A stretch of 64,000 bases of DNA from an uncultured Candidatus Poseidoniales archaeon (GCA_964389655.1 CAYMED010000001.1:122217-186216); one strand, 5' to 3'. Shown: positions 27,317-38,144, numbered from the stretch's first letter. A program made the numbers and translations. Notes: generated by a model from the sequence alone, not told the origin.

Positions 27317-30300
27317 ATGAGGAAGGGCTACCACCGGCGACTGGCTCTTCTCGTTCTGTTTATCTTGGTGATTCCAAGTCTATTACAGGTGCCTTCTACC
27401 GGTGTCGAAGAAAGTCCATCGCTACAGATTGTTGAAGCCTTGCCTTCTTCCACTTCAGCACCAATTCAGATCCCAGGTCTTCCCATTCCTTTGTGTGGCG
27501 ATGCGCCATGCCTTGCTATTGATCGCAACCCATCTATCCCCTCAGGCTCCGAAATTGGGCATGAACCATTTGGGTGGTGGCATACAGCTTCACCCGACCG
27601 AGATCACAATGGATTGGACGATCGCCTTCAACGGATTCTTGCAGGTGAATACGAAAGTCCAAGTCCAACCGCTGTAATTGGCCCTGATGGCAGGCTTACG
27701 GTTGCTTTGGTCCTAGATTGGGGTTGGCACCCGGGCCAGCGAGAACTCGACTTAGTTTTGCATGTACTTTCGGCTCATGGCTGGAATCGTCATGGGGCAG
27801 ATCTATTTCTTCCACCAACTCTAGACTCAATTGTCATCGACCGCGTTCCAGTATCTGCAATAACAGACTTGTGGCACATTTACGGAGTAGTTCATGTTGA
27901 ACAACAGAACGTGATGGTTCCTTTCAATGATGTTGCTGCAAAAGCAGTTCGTGCTCGCCCTTCAGAGGATTATTGGGCAACGGCTCATGAACGTGGCTAC
28001 CGAGGAGACGGCGTGGTCATTGCAGTATTGGATACGGGGGTGGATAACGAGCATCGTTCCCTAAATGATTTTGATGATGTTGATGATGAGCCAAACCTCG
28101 ACCCTCAATCCTATAGCGATCCGAAATGGGTGGCTGGTTATGACGCAACCAATCCCGTTTCCAATCCAGATGGGACAGTAGATCCCGATGATTCGAATGA
28201 ACCATCTGGTCACGGTACACATGTTGCCGGAACAGCTCTTGGGACGGGTGATGATACTCGCCAACACATGGGTGTTGCACCAGGTGCTTATCTTGTCGAT
28301 GTAAAAGTCCTCACTGATGCAGGTGGTACCAATAGTGCATCATCGATTCGTGGACTTACTTGGGTCCTGAATAATTCAGACAGTGATTGGGGGAACAATG
28401 CTTCTAGTCGTGGAATACAAGTGGCCTCTATGTCATTTGGTAGTGCGTCAAATCCGAATGATGATGATGTAGGGGATAATGGGACCTCTTCAGAAGCACG
28501 ATTGGTTAACCAAATTGTAGCGTCTGGTGTTACGTGCGTGATTGCGATGGGAAATGATGGGAAAAATAGGGTACCTTCACCCGCATCGGCTGATCTTGCG
28601 ATAACAGTTGGAAATGTGAATGAACGGGGGACTGTGGACCGGTCTGATGACCTGATGAATCCGTCCTCAAATTTTGGCCCACGTTTATCAGATGATGATG
28701 ACAACACATACGATGAACTCAAGCCGACAGTTTCAGCTCCAGGTACTGCAATCAATTCAGCTAGGTTCGTAGGTGCGGGCTCAGTTCCAAATCCACTTGG
28801 TGACCGTCCAAAGGCAGATCGTGAATATCATGAGTTGACAGGAACTAGTATGGCAACACCAGTGGTCAGCGGAGTCGTTGCCTTAATGCTCCAGGCGGAT
28901 TCAGATCTTGAACCAAATGACATCCGCTCATTGATGGAAAATCATTCAGAATCGTTTGACGATGCATATGACTCCACTCTTCACCCCGTCTGGAATGCAC
29001 GATGGGGTTTTGGAATGGTTGATTCTACGGCACTTCTCGACGCGATTTTAGGTGAAGACAATGGTGGCGGATCACCAGGGGGTCCAGGTACTGATCCAAA
29101 TTCAACTCAAGGTGGTCCTGAATGGGTGATTATCGAACAGCCCACCAATGCGTCTTGGGTTGTGCGCGGAAAAGCAATGGAAATTCGTGGAAGTATTGAT
29201 GCGCCCAGTGGTGAAGTTGTTGATCGCATACAAGTGCAAATCGGCAATGGTGAATGGATCAATGTTGCAGTTGGGAAAACGTGGAGCCGTACTGTGAATA
29301 TTGACAGTGAATATCCATTTGGCGAGCATCTTTACATCCGCGTCCGTGCAAGATCAGAGGGAGGAGAATGGTCTACGACCGCATCTCGTTTTGTTTGGGT
29401 TGGAGCAATGAAAGTATTTCCGGATGCCCCACCAGCCGATCGTGCTCTTTCTGGTGAACAAACCCTTACTGCAAACTGGGAAGCGATTGACCCCAATAGA
29501 ATCGAGATCAAAATAGATGATGGTGATTGGATGGTCAAAGGTACCATGTCAATAGATGAATCTCATAGCCACTCTGGAACAATTTATGCCAATGGCACTT
29601 GGTCATATACATTCAACACAGACACACTCCCAGATGGGCAACACAAGGTCCGATTCCGCGTGGTCAATGATTCGGGTCTCCTTAGTGACGAGGCTGCAAT
29701 TACAGTTGTGATTGACAATATCAATGCTCCTGACTTGAGAGTACGCGGTGATTTGGCAGTTGAAACCGCATCTGGTCAAACAGTTGGTTCCGCTTGGGTT
29801 GGCGAGCGCCTACAGGTTTCAGCCGAAATCACGAATATTGGAGATGCTACTGCATCAGATGTTCTAGTTCGACTAGAGGAAAATGGATTAATTTGTGATG
29901 CTGTTATTTTCACTATCGAGAGTGGTGCAAATGTCGTGGTCAAATTTCACTATACGTCTGAAAATTCAACTTGTGCAAGCTTAGCAGGTGATGCGAATTT
30001 GGTCGTACGTATTGATCCCGAAAAGCAGATTGATGATGTAGACCGGTCGAATAATGAGGCTGAAACAACCTTCAAATTACTCGAGCGACCAAGTGGCATT
30101 GATTTACTCGTTCACCGGACTGATGTCAGTACTGATCCACGCATCCCTCGTCCATCAGACCCTTTTTACATCCAACTGTATGTTTCAAATGAGGGTGCAG
30201 ATGTTTCGAATTCGGCAATTATAACAATTGATCGTTGGGGTACTGTGAATGGAAATGGTGGTTGGACAACATTAGTTGACAAGTCCTTGGGTAGTCTTCT

Positions 30301-31942
30301 TGGTGGTGAATTGTCATCTCAAATGATCCTAGAAATCCCCCCGACGTCTACAATTGGAGTTAGTTTGCACCGTATCCGCGTAGACTCCACTGACGAATGG
30401 GCAAATCGCACATCGAATAATGTTCTCGAATTCAATATTATTTCGGAAGATGTTGCTGTAAGTGCAGACATTGAAGCACCAGATGATTTAGAGCCCATAG
30501 AACTCATTAGGACAGATGATGGAGGCCTCCTGTTTTCGAGAGTTGGTGAGCAACTGCACGTTCGAAAAATGACAGCAACACGTACATTCATATCTTCACC
30601 CCTTGTTGTAGAAGATCGATGGTCAGGGGATCTTGCAGTATCTTCAACAGAAGGAGGTACTGTCTACGCTGCTTGGACGAGAATTGCTGAATCACATCAT
30701 GGGTCATTAGTCCAATATGTCAGTCTCGCAGCGATAGGTCCACGCGGTGAGGTATCCAGCCATATTGACCTCTTGGGTCCTCGCCCAATCCTTGAGGGAC
30801 GATGGTGGGGTTTGGATTTAGAGCAGCACAATGGGCATTGGAATTTGGCAGGATATGACCGCGACCTTGCATCAAATGGCACATGGATCGCTCGAACATC
30901 GATTTGGATCCTTGATTCATCCACTCCATTAGTCAAATCCTCTTGGAAAATGACTCCCAGCGTCATTGCTGATGTTGATTTATTACCGTCACAGGGCCAA
31001 TCCTTGGCACTGGGAGTCGGAGCACATCATGCTCATCTTTTGTATCAGTCACGCCGTGATGATGGTGGGGGTCTTTCTCGTCTTGGAACGTTCTATGCCC
31101 ATGGGAATGTTGGCACAGTAAAAGCTTGGGCCTTTGACATGGATGTTGGTGACCATGCATCTCAACCTAATTTAGAAGTTGTAGGCTCAAATGAGCAGAG
31201 CGACCTGCTTGCTCTTGCATGGTTTGAAGGTGCAGATTCATCGCGTCAACTTGTTATTCGAGCGATGCCAGACAATGCATCTAAAGATCAAACCACTGTG
31301 ATGAGGATTTCTACTCCTTCTGGGACGCGTGTTGCAATTGACCAAGATGCCGTAGGTGCTGTAATTTTATCTGATACTGCTCAGAGGTTTGGCCATCAGA
31401 TTGTATGGGGAAGGATCTTCATTACTGCAAATGGCTCTCTTGACGTGTGGTATGGAAATGAAATTGCTGATGGACGCCTAATTTCCGCATCATCATTGGC
31501 AGATGGTACAGAGGTCCTCTATGCCTCTGATGATGGACGCTTGCTTGTACGGGGGCTGGTGTTAGACCCCATTTCTCAATCCGTTCCGCAGAATTCCCAA
31601 CGTGGTCTATCATCCCTTTTACCTTCATTATCTCTTCCAGTTGGTATTACATTCGCCGCCATTGTAGTTTTTTGTCTCACCGCGGTCTCTCTTCGTCGGA
31701 GGAAAATACGAAGAATAGGTGAGAACACCGCAAAAGTTTGGTCAAATGATGAAATGACAGCTAATTCTATTTCCACTTCTGTTGGTGGTGAAGGCGAGCA
31801 GAAGGAAACGAAGCGTGAACGGAAGCAGAGAGAGCGCGAGGAAATTGAGGCCGAAGCCCAAAAAAGCGAGGCTGCAAAACTCCGCCAAGAACGCCGTAAA
31901 TCACGAGTTGCTAAGATGGAACAAGATGATAATGAACATTAA
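27317..31942 (+). CDS. Secreted, membrane-anchored S8 subtilisin-like peptidase with Ig/CARDB domains
   Basis: Signal peptide; triad VLDTG, GHGTHVAG, GTSMATP; CARDB-like ITNIGD..IDP..DRSNN; C-terminal TM followed by RRRK. Confidence 0.93.
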   Translation: MRKGYHRRLALLVLFILVIPSLLQVPSTGVEESPSLQIVEALPSSTSAPIQIPGLPIPLCGDAPCLAIDRNPSIPSGSEIGHEPFGWWHTASPDRDHNGLDDRLQRILAGEYESPSPTAVIGPDGRLTVALVLDWGWHPGQRELDLVLHVLSAHGWNRHGADLFLPPTLDSIVIDRVPVSAITDLWHIYGVVHVEQQNVMVPFNDVAAKAVRARPSEDYWATAHERGYRGDGVVIAVLDTGVDNEHRSLNDFDDVDDEPNLDPQSYSDPKWVAGYDATNPVSNPDGTVDPDDSNEPSGHGTHVAGTALGTGDDTRQHMGVAPGAYLVDVKVLTDAGGTNSASSIRGLTWVLNNSDSDWGNNASSRGIQVASMSFGSASNPNDDDVGDNGTSSEARLVNQIVASGVTCVIAMGNDGKNRVPSPASADLAITVGNVNERGTVDRSDDLMNPSSNFGPRLSDDDDNTYDELKPTVSAPGTAINSARFVGAGSVPNPLGDRPKADREYHELTGTSMATPVVSGVVALMLQADSDLEPNDIRSLMENHSESFDDAYDSTLHPVWNARWGFGMVDSTALLDAILGEDNGGGSPGGPGTDPNSTQGGPEWVIIEQPTNASWVVRGKAMEIRGSIDAPSGEVVDRIQVQIGNGEWINVAVGKTWSRTVNIDSEYPFGEHLYIRVRARSEGGEWSTTASRFVWVGAMKVFPDAPPADRALSGEQTLTANWEAIDPNRIEIKIDDGDWMVKGTMSIDESHSHSGTIYANGTWSYTFNTDTLPDGQHKVRFRVVNDSGLLSDEAAITVVIDNINAPDLRVRGDLAVETASGQTVGSAWVGERLQVSAEITNIGDATASDVLVRLEENGLICDAVIFTIESGANVVVKFHYTSENSTCASLAGDANLVVRIDPEKQIDDVDRSNNEAETTFKLLERPSGIDLLVHRTDVSTDPRIPRPSDPFYIQLYVSNEGADVSNSAIITIDRWGTVNGNGGWTTLVDKSLGSLLGGELSSQMILEIPPTSTIGVSLHRIRVDSTDEWANRTSNNVLEFNIISEDVAVSADIEAPDDLEPIELIRTDDGGLLFSRVGEQLHVRKMTATRTFISSPLVVEDRWSGDLAVSSTEGGTVYAAWTRIAESHHGSLVQYVSLAAIGPRGEVSSHIDLLGPRPILEGRWWGLDLEQHNGHWNLAGYDRDLASNGTWIARTSIWILDSSTPLVKSSWKMTPSVIADVDLLPSQGQSLALGVGAHHAHLLYQSRRDDGGGLSRLGTFYAHGNVGTVKAWAFDMDVGDHASQPNLEVVGSNEQSDLLALAWFEGADSSRQLVIRAMPDNASKDQTTVMRISTPSGTRVAIDQDAVGAVILSDTAQRFGHQIVWGRIFITANGSLDVWYGNEIADGRLISASSLADGTEVLYASDDGRLLVRGLVLDPISQSVPQNSQRGLSSLLPSLSLPVGITFAAIVVFCLTAVSLRRRKIRRIGENTAKVWSNDEMTANSISTSVGGEGEQKETKRERKQREREEIEAEAQKSEAAKLRQERRKSRVAKMEQDDNEH

Positions 31943-31997
31943 CTGATATCCTCATAGTTCAATAGCAGTTGTCATTACCGTTAGTTAAAGTGGTTTC

Positions 31998-33821
31998 ATG
32001 TGTGGTATCTTTGGAAGCGTCGGTGATGACCGCAACATAAGGCACCTGGTGGAAGGCCTCCAGCGCCTTGAATATCGCGGATATGATAGTGCTGGAATTG
32101 CGTGGATTGAGGATGGAGGTCTAGCAATTCACAAATCAATTGGCCGGGTAGGTGAAATGGCTGCTAACTTGCCACCTGCACGCTCGGCCTGCGGAATCTC
32201 GCACACGCGCTGGGCAACACATGGGGGTGTAACCAATGAAAACGCTCACCCACATTTAGATCCCAATGGTCGTGTCGCGATTGTCCACAATGGGATTATC
32301 GATAATGCAGACTTGTTACGGTCGAACCTTGAGCGCCTTGGTGCCACATTTGAATCAGAAACGGACTCGGAAATTCTAGCCCACCTCATATCTAGATCTC
32401 TCTCTCGGGTAGATAGCCCAGTTGAAGCCGTAAGGTCTGCTTTGAAGCGGGTGCGAGGAACATGGGGCTTAGCAGTCATATTTGCAGACCATCCCGAAAT
32501 CATTGTCTGTGCCCGCAATGGATCCCCTCTTGTTGTTGGATTAGGTAAGGGTGAGACTTTTGTTTCAAGTGACCCACATGCACTGATTCCAGTAACTCGG
32601 GACGTCGTATTTCTTGAAGATGGAGATGTTGCTACATTGACCTCTAGTGGCTTACGAAAATGGCGATCAGATGGGGAAGAAAGCGATTCAGTAGTTGAAA
32701 CAATAGAGGATGAATGGGAATTAGAATCGAAAGGCGATCACCCTCACTTTATGCATAAAGAAATACATGAACAGCCAAGATCTCTTCGATTATGTATTTC
32801 GGGCCGCGTTCTTGCCAAAGAAGGACAAGCAAGATTGGGTGGCCTCCACCTTTCACCAGAACAATTGCAATCCATTTCTCATGTTCGCTTGCTTGGATGC
32901 GGGACTGCTTTTCATGCTGCCCAAATTGGCGCTAGCGTCATTGAGCGCCTTGCTCGAGTCCCAGCATCTGCACATATTGCCAGTGAATTTCGACATGGAC
33001 AGCCCGTGATAGACCCCAATGCCCTCTACTTTGCAGTTAGTCAATCTGGTGAAACAGCAGATACTCTCTCGGCAGTGAAAGAGATACAACTCAAAGGGGG
33101 TCACGTAATGGGCGTAGTCAATGTTGTGGGCTCATCAATTGCACGAGCTTGTGGCCAAGGGGCATATATTCATTCAGGTCCAGAACAAGCTGTAGCCTCA
33201 ACCAAAGCATTCTCAAACATGGTTGCGGCTCTTACGCTGTTTGGCCTGCAAATTGGGAGGTCCCGCGACCTTAGCCGTTCCAAGGGCCAAGAAATTGCTA
33301 AAGCGATAGTCGAGATTCCATCAAAGGTAGAATTGGCGTTAAAGGATCCCGGGCCAATCGATGATGCTGTACGTCTAGTTGCAGGAACTCGCCCAGTATT
33401 ATTTCTAGGCCGTGGGCAATCAGCTGCCGTGGCTAGGGAGGGTGCTCTCAAACTGATGGAGGTCGCCTATGTTCCCTGTCTTGCTTACCCCGCAGCAGAG
33501 ATGAAACATGGGCCTATTGCCTTGTTGGAAGAAGGCAGCACAGTTGTTGTCGTCGCCCCAAATGACGAACTCAAGGAACGCACTCTCTCAAATATACAGG
33601 AATGCCGTGCACGAGGTGCTTCAATCATTCTTGTTCATACAACTGATGATGATATTGCTGAGTATGCCGACGTGGCCTTGCCCGTCCCTAAGACTCACCC
33701 TATCCTGTCAGGGATGCTATCAGTACTACCGCTACAATTGCTAGCATATGGCGCGGGTTTAGCACTTGGATGTGACATTGATCGCCCACGAAACCTAGCT
33801 AAATCAGTCACTGTTGAATGA
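31998..33821 (+). CDS. glmS: Glutamine-fructose-6-phosphate transaminase
   Basis: MCGIFG, LEYRGYDSAG, HTRWATHG, SQSGETADT, C-terminal PRNLAKSVTVE. Confidence 0.98.
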   Translation: MCGIFGSVGDDRNIRHLVEGLQRLEYRGYDSAGIAWIEDGGLAIHKSIGRVGEMAANLPPARSACGISHTRWATHGGVTNENAHPHLDPNGRVAIVHNGIIDNADLLRSNLERLGATFESETDSEILAHLISRSLSRVDSPVEAVRSALKRVRGTWGLAVIFADHPEIIVCARNGSPLVVGLGKGETFVSSDPHALIPVTRDVVFLEDGDVATLTSSGLRKWRSDGEESDSVVETIEDEWELESKGDHPHFMHKEIHEQPRSLRLCISGRVLAKEGQARLGGLHLSPEQLQSISHVRLLGCGTAFHAAQIGASVIERLARVPASAHIASEFRHGQPVIDPNALYFAVSQSGETADTLSAVKEIQLKGGHVMGVVNVVGSSIARACGQGAYIHSGPEQAVASTKAFSNMVAALTLFGLQIGRSRDLSRSKGQEIAKAIVEIPSKVELALKDPGPIDDAVRLVAGTRPVLFLGRGQSAAVAREGALKLMEVAYVPCLAYPAAEMKHGPIALLEEGSTVVVVAPNDELKERTLSNIQECRARGASIILVHTTDDDIAEYADVALPVPKTHPILSGMLSVLPLQLLAYGAGLALGCDIDRPRNLAKSVTVE

Positions 33822-33843
33822 CCTTTACTCAGGTTATCCGGTT

Positions 33844-34575
33844 TCAAGACACGGAGAACCGCTTTTCATCAGGGTCCCATTTGAAGCCACTGTAGCCAAG
33901 CTTGTGTTCTGTATGGCGCATTTTGATGACTGCGAGTTTGCGGGTAAATGAATCTCCATTTCGCTCCATCGCCAGAGAGATAACTCCATCAGAAAGGTAA
34001 TCTTCGACTCCGAATTCACCGTATTGGTTTTTTGTCTCACCCATCATTTCACAAACGAAAAATGAAGTCAAGCCCATTCTGCGCACTGCTTCAAACACAC
34101 GAAAAATCTCATCACGGGCCCGTTCTTTCTCGGTACGAGTCAGCTGAAAGAATGCACCAATGCTGTCAAATATAAGCAATTCAAAACCGATTGTATCTCG
34201 ATATTTCTGAAGTTGGCGCAATAGTTGCCCCATCCAATCAATCTTATCGGTCATATGTTGTTTGTCGAGTTGCACGCGTAAATCTGCAAGGTCGATCACA
34301 GCGATTCTATTTCGTACACGAGGGTCATCAACATCCATCCCCATTCCTGCCATGTGTTTTGCTAAACTCTCCTTTCCTTGTTCAAGTGTAAGATACACGC
34401 CAGAGGTGCCTTCGTGCAGAACCGCATTGTAAAGCATGCTAAATGCAATACTAGATTTCATGGACCCTGAAACACCCGAAACAAGAACAATATGGCCTTC
34501 TGGAATCCCCCCTTGCATGCGCTCGTCAAGTCCTTGAATGAATGTGCGAAAGCGTCGGCTAGTAGGCTCGGCCAT
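33844..34575 (-). CDS. RAD55/KaiC-like RecA-superfamily ATPase (single domain)
   Basis: GLDERMQGGIP, Walker A GVSGSMKSS, TLEQ, IFDS, YLSDGVI, KMRHTEH. Confidence 0.9.
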   Translation of the reverse strand: MAEPTSRRFRTFIQGLDERMQGGIPEGHIVLVSGVSGSMKSSIAFSMLYNAVLHEGTSGVYLTLEQGKESLAKHMAGMGMDVDDPRVRNRIAVIDLADLRVQLDKQHMTDKIDWMGQLLRQLQKYRDTIGFELLIFDSIGAFFQLTRTEKERARDEIFRVFEAVRRMGLTSFFVCEMMGETKNQYGEFGVEDYLSDGVISLAMERNGDSFTRKLAVIKMRHTEHKLGYSGFKWDPDEKRFSVS

Positions 34576-34650
34576 GTGAATCGTGTGTGGATGGATGATT
34601 ATAAGATAAAACCAACCCATTCAACCGTCAAGTTGGCATGAGGTGTTCAC

Positions 34651-35316
34651 GTGGCCCAAAAACCGCTGCTTCCAATCATTTCTCTTGCATCAAAATCAAC
34701 ACGCCGGAGGGAAATTCTAGAATCGAGATGGGGGAACTTGGTATCCCTTCAATCATCTTTTTTAGATGCCGATGAACCGGATTTTCAAGGAACTTCAGCC
34801 TTTAAACGGGTTTATTCGACAGTTTGTTGGAAGGCTCATCAAGCAGTCACATCGGAATTTCTTCATGCTTGTGACGCGGTTATTGTAGCGGATACACTCA
34901 TAGAAGATCCAGAATCTAGTTTGGCACTCGGCCAACCAAAATCTCCTGAAGATGCATCAAAAATGCTTTCTCATCTTATTGGACGCCGTCATCGGGTTTG
35001 GACATCTACCGCCCTAATCATTCCTGAAGAAGGTCCTCTTGTCGAAGGACTTCAGTCAATGGACCTAGGCCTGCCAGAATGTACTGCTTGGATGAATGTG
35101 GTTTCAGCAGATGTGGATGTAAGCATGGTCTCAAGGCATGACCTCGATGAGTATGTAAAATCTGGATATTGGAGAGGGAAAGCAGGAGGTTATGATGCGG
35201 ATGGCGCATTTAGTGAATGGATTGAGCATATTCACGGTGACAGGGAAACTGTTCTTGGAATTTCCACGTTGGTACTTGAGTCTCTTGAGAAGGCTTTTGA
35301 CATCATTCTTCAATGA
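34651..35316 (+). CDS. maf: Maf-family nucleoside triphosphate pyrophosphatase
   Basis: LASKSTRRREIL, IVADT, GRRHRVWT, GKAGGY. Confidence 0.88.
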   Translation: MAQKPLLPIISLASKSTRRREILESRWGNLVSLQSSFLDADEPDFQGTSAFKRVYSTVCWKAHQAVTSEFLHACDAVIVADTLIEDPESSLALGQPKSPEDASKMLSHLIGRRHRVWTSTALIIPEEGPLVEGLQSMDLGLPECTAWMNVVSADVDVSMVSRHDLDEYVKSGYWRGKAGGYDADGAFSEWIEHIHGDRETVLGISTLVLESLEKAFDIILQ

Positions 35317-36356
35317 TTATATGCAGATACGCACAATTTCAATCCTTCTTCAAGAGATGTTTCAGCCTTCCATCCCAATTTTGCAGTGGCTGAACTAGCA
35401 TCCCCCCGTCTCCGTGGCACATCTCCAGGATGTCCCTCAACAATTTCCGTATTCCTCAAAGTAGGGTCAACAGATCCCTTTGCTATTCGAATCAGGGAAC
35501 TGGCCAATTTTTGTATGGAGATTTCATCTTCACTTGTGATATCTAATGCACACCCTGAAAGAGAAGTTCCATCTTTTCCGATATCTAAGTTACCCGCTAG
35601 AATGAATGCATTGATTACGTCGCCGATCCAAGTAAATGCCCTTGTTTGTGTCCCTGGTGCGTGAATTGGAAGAGGGTCGCCTCGAAGAGCTGCGCGCAGA
35701 AATATTCCGACAACTTGTCCACCCGCATCATCAATCTGGCGTGGTCCATATGCATTATGGGGCCGTATAATTCTTGCATCTAGATTTGAAGATCGAACGA
35801 GATGTTGGATTCGGATTTCATCTAGGTGTTTTGCAACACCGTATGAATGGCGACCGTGCCGGCTGGGATTTTCAAAAAGGCTTGCTTCATGAGGCAAACT
35901 GCTATGTCCTGTAGCTAATCCAAATGCTTCAGGACTTGATGCATAAACGAGTCTAATTGAATACTTATTCGATAACTCAAGCACTGCTTTGGTGCATCCA
36001 AGATTCACATCAATGACGTCATCTGCTCGATCATGAAACCATTGAGTTCCATTTATTGCAGCTAGATGAACAATAACATCAGGAACTCCGTGCCTCTGAA
36101 GCAGTCTTTCGGAGAGTCCGGGGTTGCGTAAATCTCTGACAATCAAATCGAAATTTGCATTTTCGATAGACTTTTCAAGGTTTTTTCTAGATCCCCTGCT
36201 TAAGTCATCGATTCCCAGAACTGAATGGTTTTCATTTAGGAGCCGATCTACCAAATGACTTCCGATGAATCCAGCCGCCCCGGTTACCCACCACCCCGCC
36301 ATATGGCGTGGCACCCCATGTCTACTGATGGATGCCACGGTCATAAACTCGCTCAA
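35310..36356 (-). CDS. NAD-dependent epimerase/dehydratase (UDP-glucuronate decarboxylase-like); start uncertain
   Basis: VTGAAGFIG, HLAA, YGVAK, RPHNAYGPRQ, QTRAF. Confidence 0.9.
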   Translation of the reverse strand: MSEFMTVASISRHGVPRHMAGWWVTGAAGFIGSHLVDRLLNENHSVLGIDDLSRGSRKNLEKSIENANFDLIVRDLRNPGLSERLLQRHGVPDVIVHLAAINGTQWFHDRADDVIDVNLGCTKAVLELSNKYSIRLVYASSPEAFGLATGHSSLPHEASLFENPSRHGRHSYGVAKHLDEIRIQHLVRSSNLDARIIRPHNAYGPRQIDDAGGQVVGIFLRAALRGDPLPIHAPGTQTRAFTWIGDVINAFILAGNLDIGKDGTSLSGCALDITSEDEISIQKLASSLIRIAKGSVDPTLRNTEIVEGHPGDVPRRRGDASSATAKLGWKAETSLEEGLKLCVSAYNH

Positions 36357-38079
36357 TCACTTCAAGGATGACTTTTTCTTTGATCAACCTCATCTCAATA
36401 AGATCGCCATTGTTGATTTCAAGACATGGGTCTGCACTGAAACCGTGAGCATACGGTATCTTAAGCAGAGAACAGGCTGGTAGGACAAGTGGGCACACAT
36501 CTCGGCTGATGATTGCTAGGGGTCCTCTATTTACATACGCTAAACCCATCAATACATAGGGGGCGACAGTTGACCCAGAGCCTCTTGGGTGGATGAGAAC
36601 TTTTCCATCTATTTGGTGTCCATTGAGCGGATGTGATTCGTCCTCAATTATGCCCGTTTCTCGATTTACATGACCAAGCCATGTCAAAGGAACATCTGTT
36701 ACCAAGGCTTCACCTCTCACCTTCCAGATTTTTTGGCTAGATATTGATCTTCCTTCAAGTGTACAAGGGCCTTGACGATCTGTTTTTGATGTGGGGCTAA
36801 GCTCTTTTTTCCGATCTTCAAGAGTTGGCTGCTTCCCATGTGCTAATGATGGTTCAAAAGCATGTGCTACACAATCCTTCAATCTTGCAACAGAAGTAGG
36901 TAGACGATTTAGCCCACTCGTCAGATAATGTTCAGCCTTCATCGAATTTGTGAGCAAATGGTTGTATTTTTTCCGGTTATAGGGAGTTACTTCTGGGCAT
37001 GTATCTTTCAGCACAATGGCTCCAGCCTCAGTGAGCAATGCTACTGTTCCTTCTTCCTCTAACTGCTCATAATTGAATGCACTTGTAAAAACCCATAGCC
37101 GCTGATTTTGGATTTGAAAACCAAGTTCCATGCGTGCGCGAACATGTGCAGCAGTAGCACGTACCTCGCCTATGCTTGCTTGTGGACAACCAATCACAAT
37201 TAGGTCCACGGTACCAGTTGGAGAAAGTTCATCCAAGCGTCGTTCAAGGCATTTTTCTGTAAAATGGATTTCTGGTATCCTCCCCAAGGGGGGGGGGTCG
37301 GATGTTATTCCATCGATCCAAAGCATTGGACAACCATGATTTGCAGCAGCTGCAGTCAATGCTTTTTTCATTTCAAATGAAGCATCTACAGGAAGTCCCT
37401 TAAACAACGGCATAGGACCGTACGGGAAATTCAATTCAGGAGACATGCATGTGCTGATCCAATCCCCTAACACACTCCATTCAGTTGGTTCTTCAAGTTT
37501 GCAATCGACGTGGATAACCATATTCGGCTTCCTATTTTCTTTGAGATGTAGGCCCCATTTTGGTGCCCAACCAGTTAGGGCAGTTGCCAATGCAGAAAGA
37601 CCAGACTCTCTATTTGTGATGAGGTTTGAGTAGGTATTTGCATAACAAACCGCATTTGACTCTGCCCACGCACCAAGGCTGCTCTCAATTTGATTTCCCC
37701 GATCATATGGGGTACAAGATAGAGTTGCATATATGCCAAGACTTTCATAAGCGTGGATGATCTCAAATTGCAGTTTAAGGAAATCAGGAACTACAATATT
37801 CATTTCTTTCATTTGTTCATGGTCGCATCCTGCTGCATTGAGGGTTGTGGGGATCGCTACTTCGGCATTTATGTCACTGGTCAGTTCGGAAAGGAAGCGA
37901 CGTAATCCGTATCCTCCTGTAAGGACAGATACACCTGAAACATGTGCCTCGTCAACCTCAACAAAATCAGAAACTTTAGCGACATTTGCAAGATCGATTA
38001 TAAGACGCGCAGCCATTTGTGCAGCTGGTCCTTTTCCTCCCTCCAGCATGGTACGTAAAGGCTGAGGAATCAGCATCAT
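36322..38079 (-). CDS. Aconitase X, fused large (DUF521) and small swivel (DUF126) subunits
   Basis: AHVSGVS, TTLN, SCTPY, AWAESNA, IGCPQAS, DTCPEV, TNSMKAEHY; C-terminal GEALV, HPLNG, GSGSTV. Confidence 0.9.
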   Translation of the reverse strand: MMLIPQPLRTMLEGGKGPAAQMAARLIIDLANVAKVSDFVEVDEAHVSGVSVLTGGYGLRRFLSELTSDINAEVAIPTTLNAAGCDHEQMKEMNIVVPDFLKLQFEIIHAYESLGIYATLSCTPYDRGNQIESSLGAWAESNAVCYANTYSNLITNRESGLSALATALTGWAPKWGLHLKENRKPNMVIHVDCKLEEPTEWSVLGDWISTCMSPELNFPYGPMPLFKGLPVDASFEMKKALTAAAANHGCPMLWIDGITSDPPPLGRIPEIHFTEKCLERRLDELSPTGTVDLIVIGCPQASIGEVRATAAHVRARMELGFQIQNQRLWVFTSAFNYEQLEEEGTVALLTEAGAIVLKDTCPEVTPYNRKKYNHLLTNSMKAEHYLTSGLNRLPTSVARLKDCVAHAFEPSLAHGKQPTLEDRKKELSPTSKTDRQGPCTLEGRSISSQKIWKVRGEALVTDVPLTWLGHVNRETGIIEDESHPLNGHQIDGKVLIHPRGSGSTVAPYVLMGLAYVNRGPLAIISRDVCPLVLPACSLLKIPYAHGFSADPCLEINNGDLIEMRLIKEKVILEVIERVYDRGIHQ

Positions 38080-38144
38080 CGTGGTGCAGGGGCTATTGAC
38101 AAAAGAACTACGCGCCAAATTGAACAAGATCATTATGATGTCTG

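Noticed and set aside
33844-34575. Circadian clock KaiC
   Set aside because: Single-domain RAD55-like ATPase of a kind common in archaea; no kaiA or kaiB nearby.
37288-37297. G10 homopolymer in acnX as a phase-variation switch
   Set aside because: The frame is intact (encodes DPPPL) in a probable housekeeping gene, and there is no evidence of length variation without reads.
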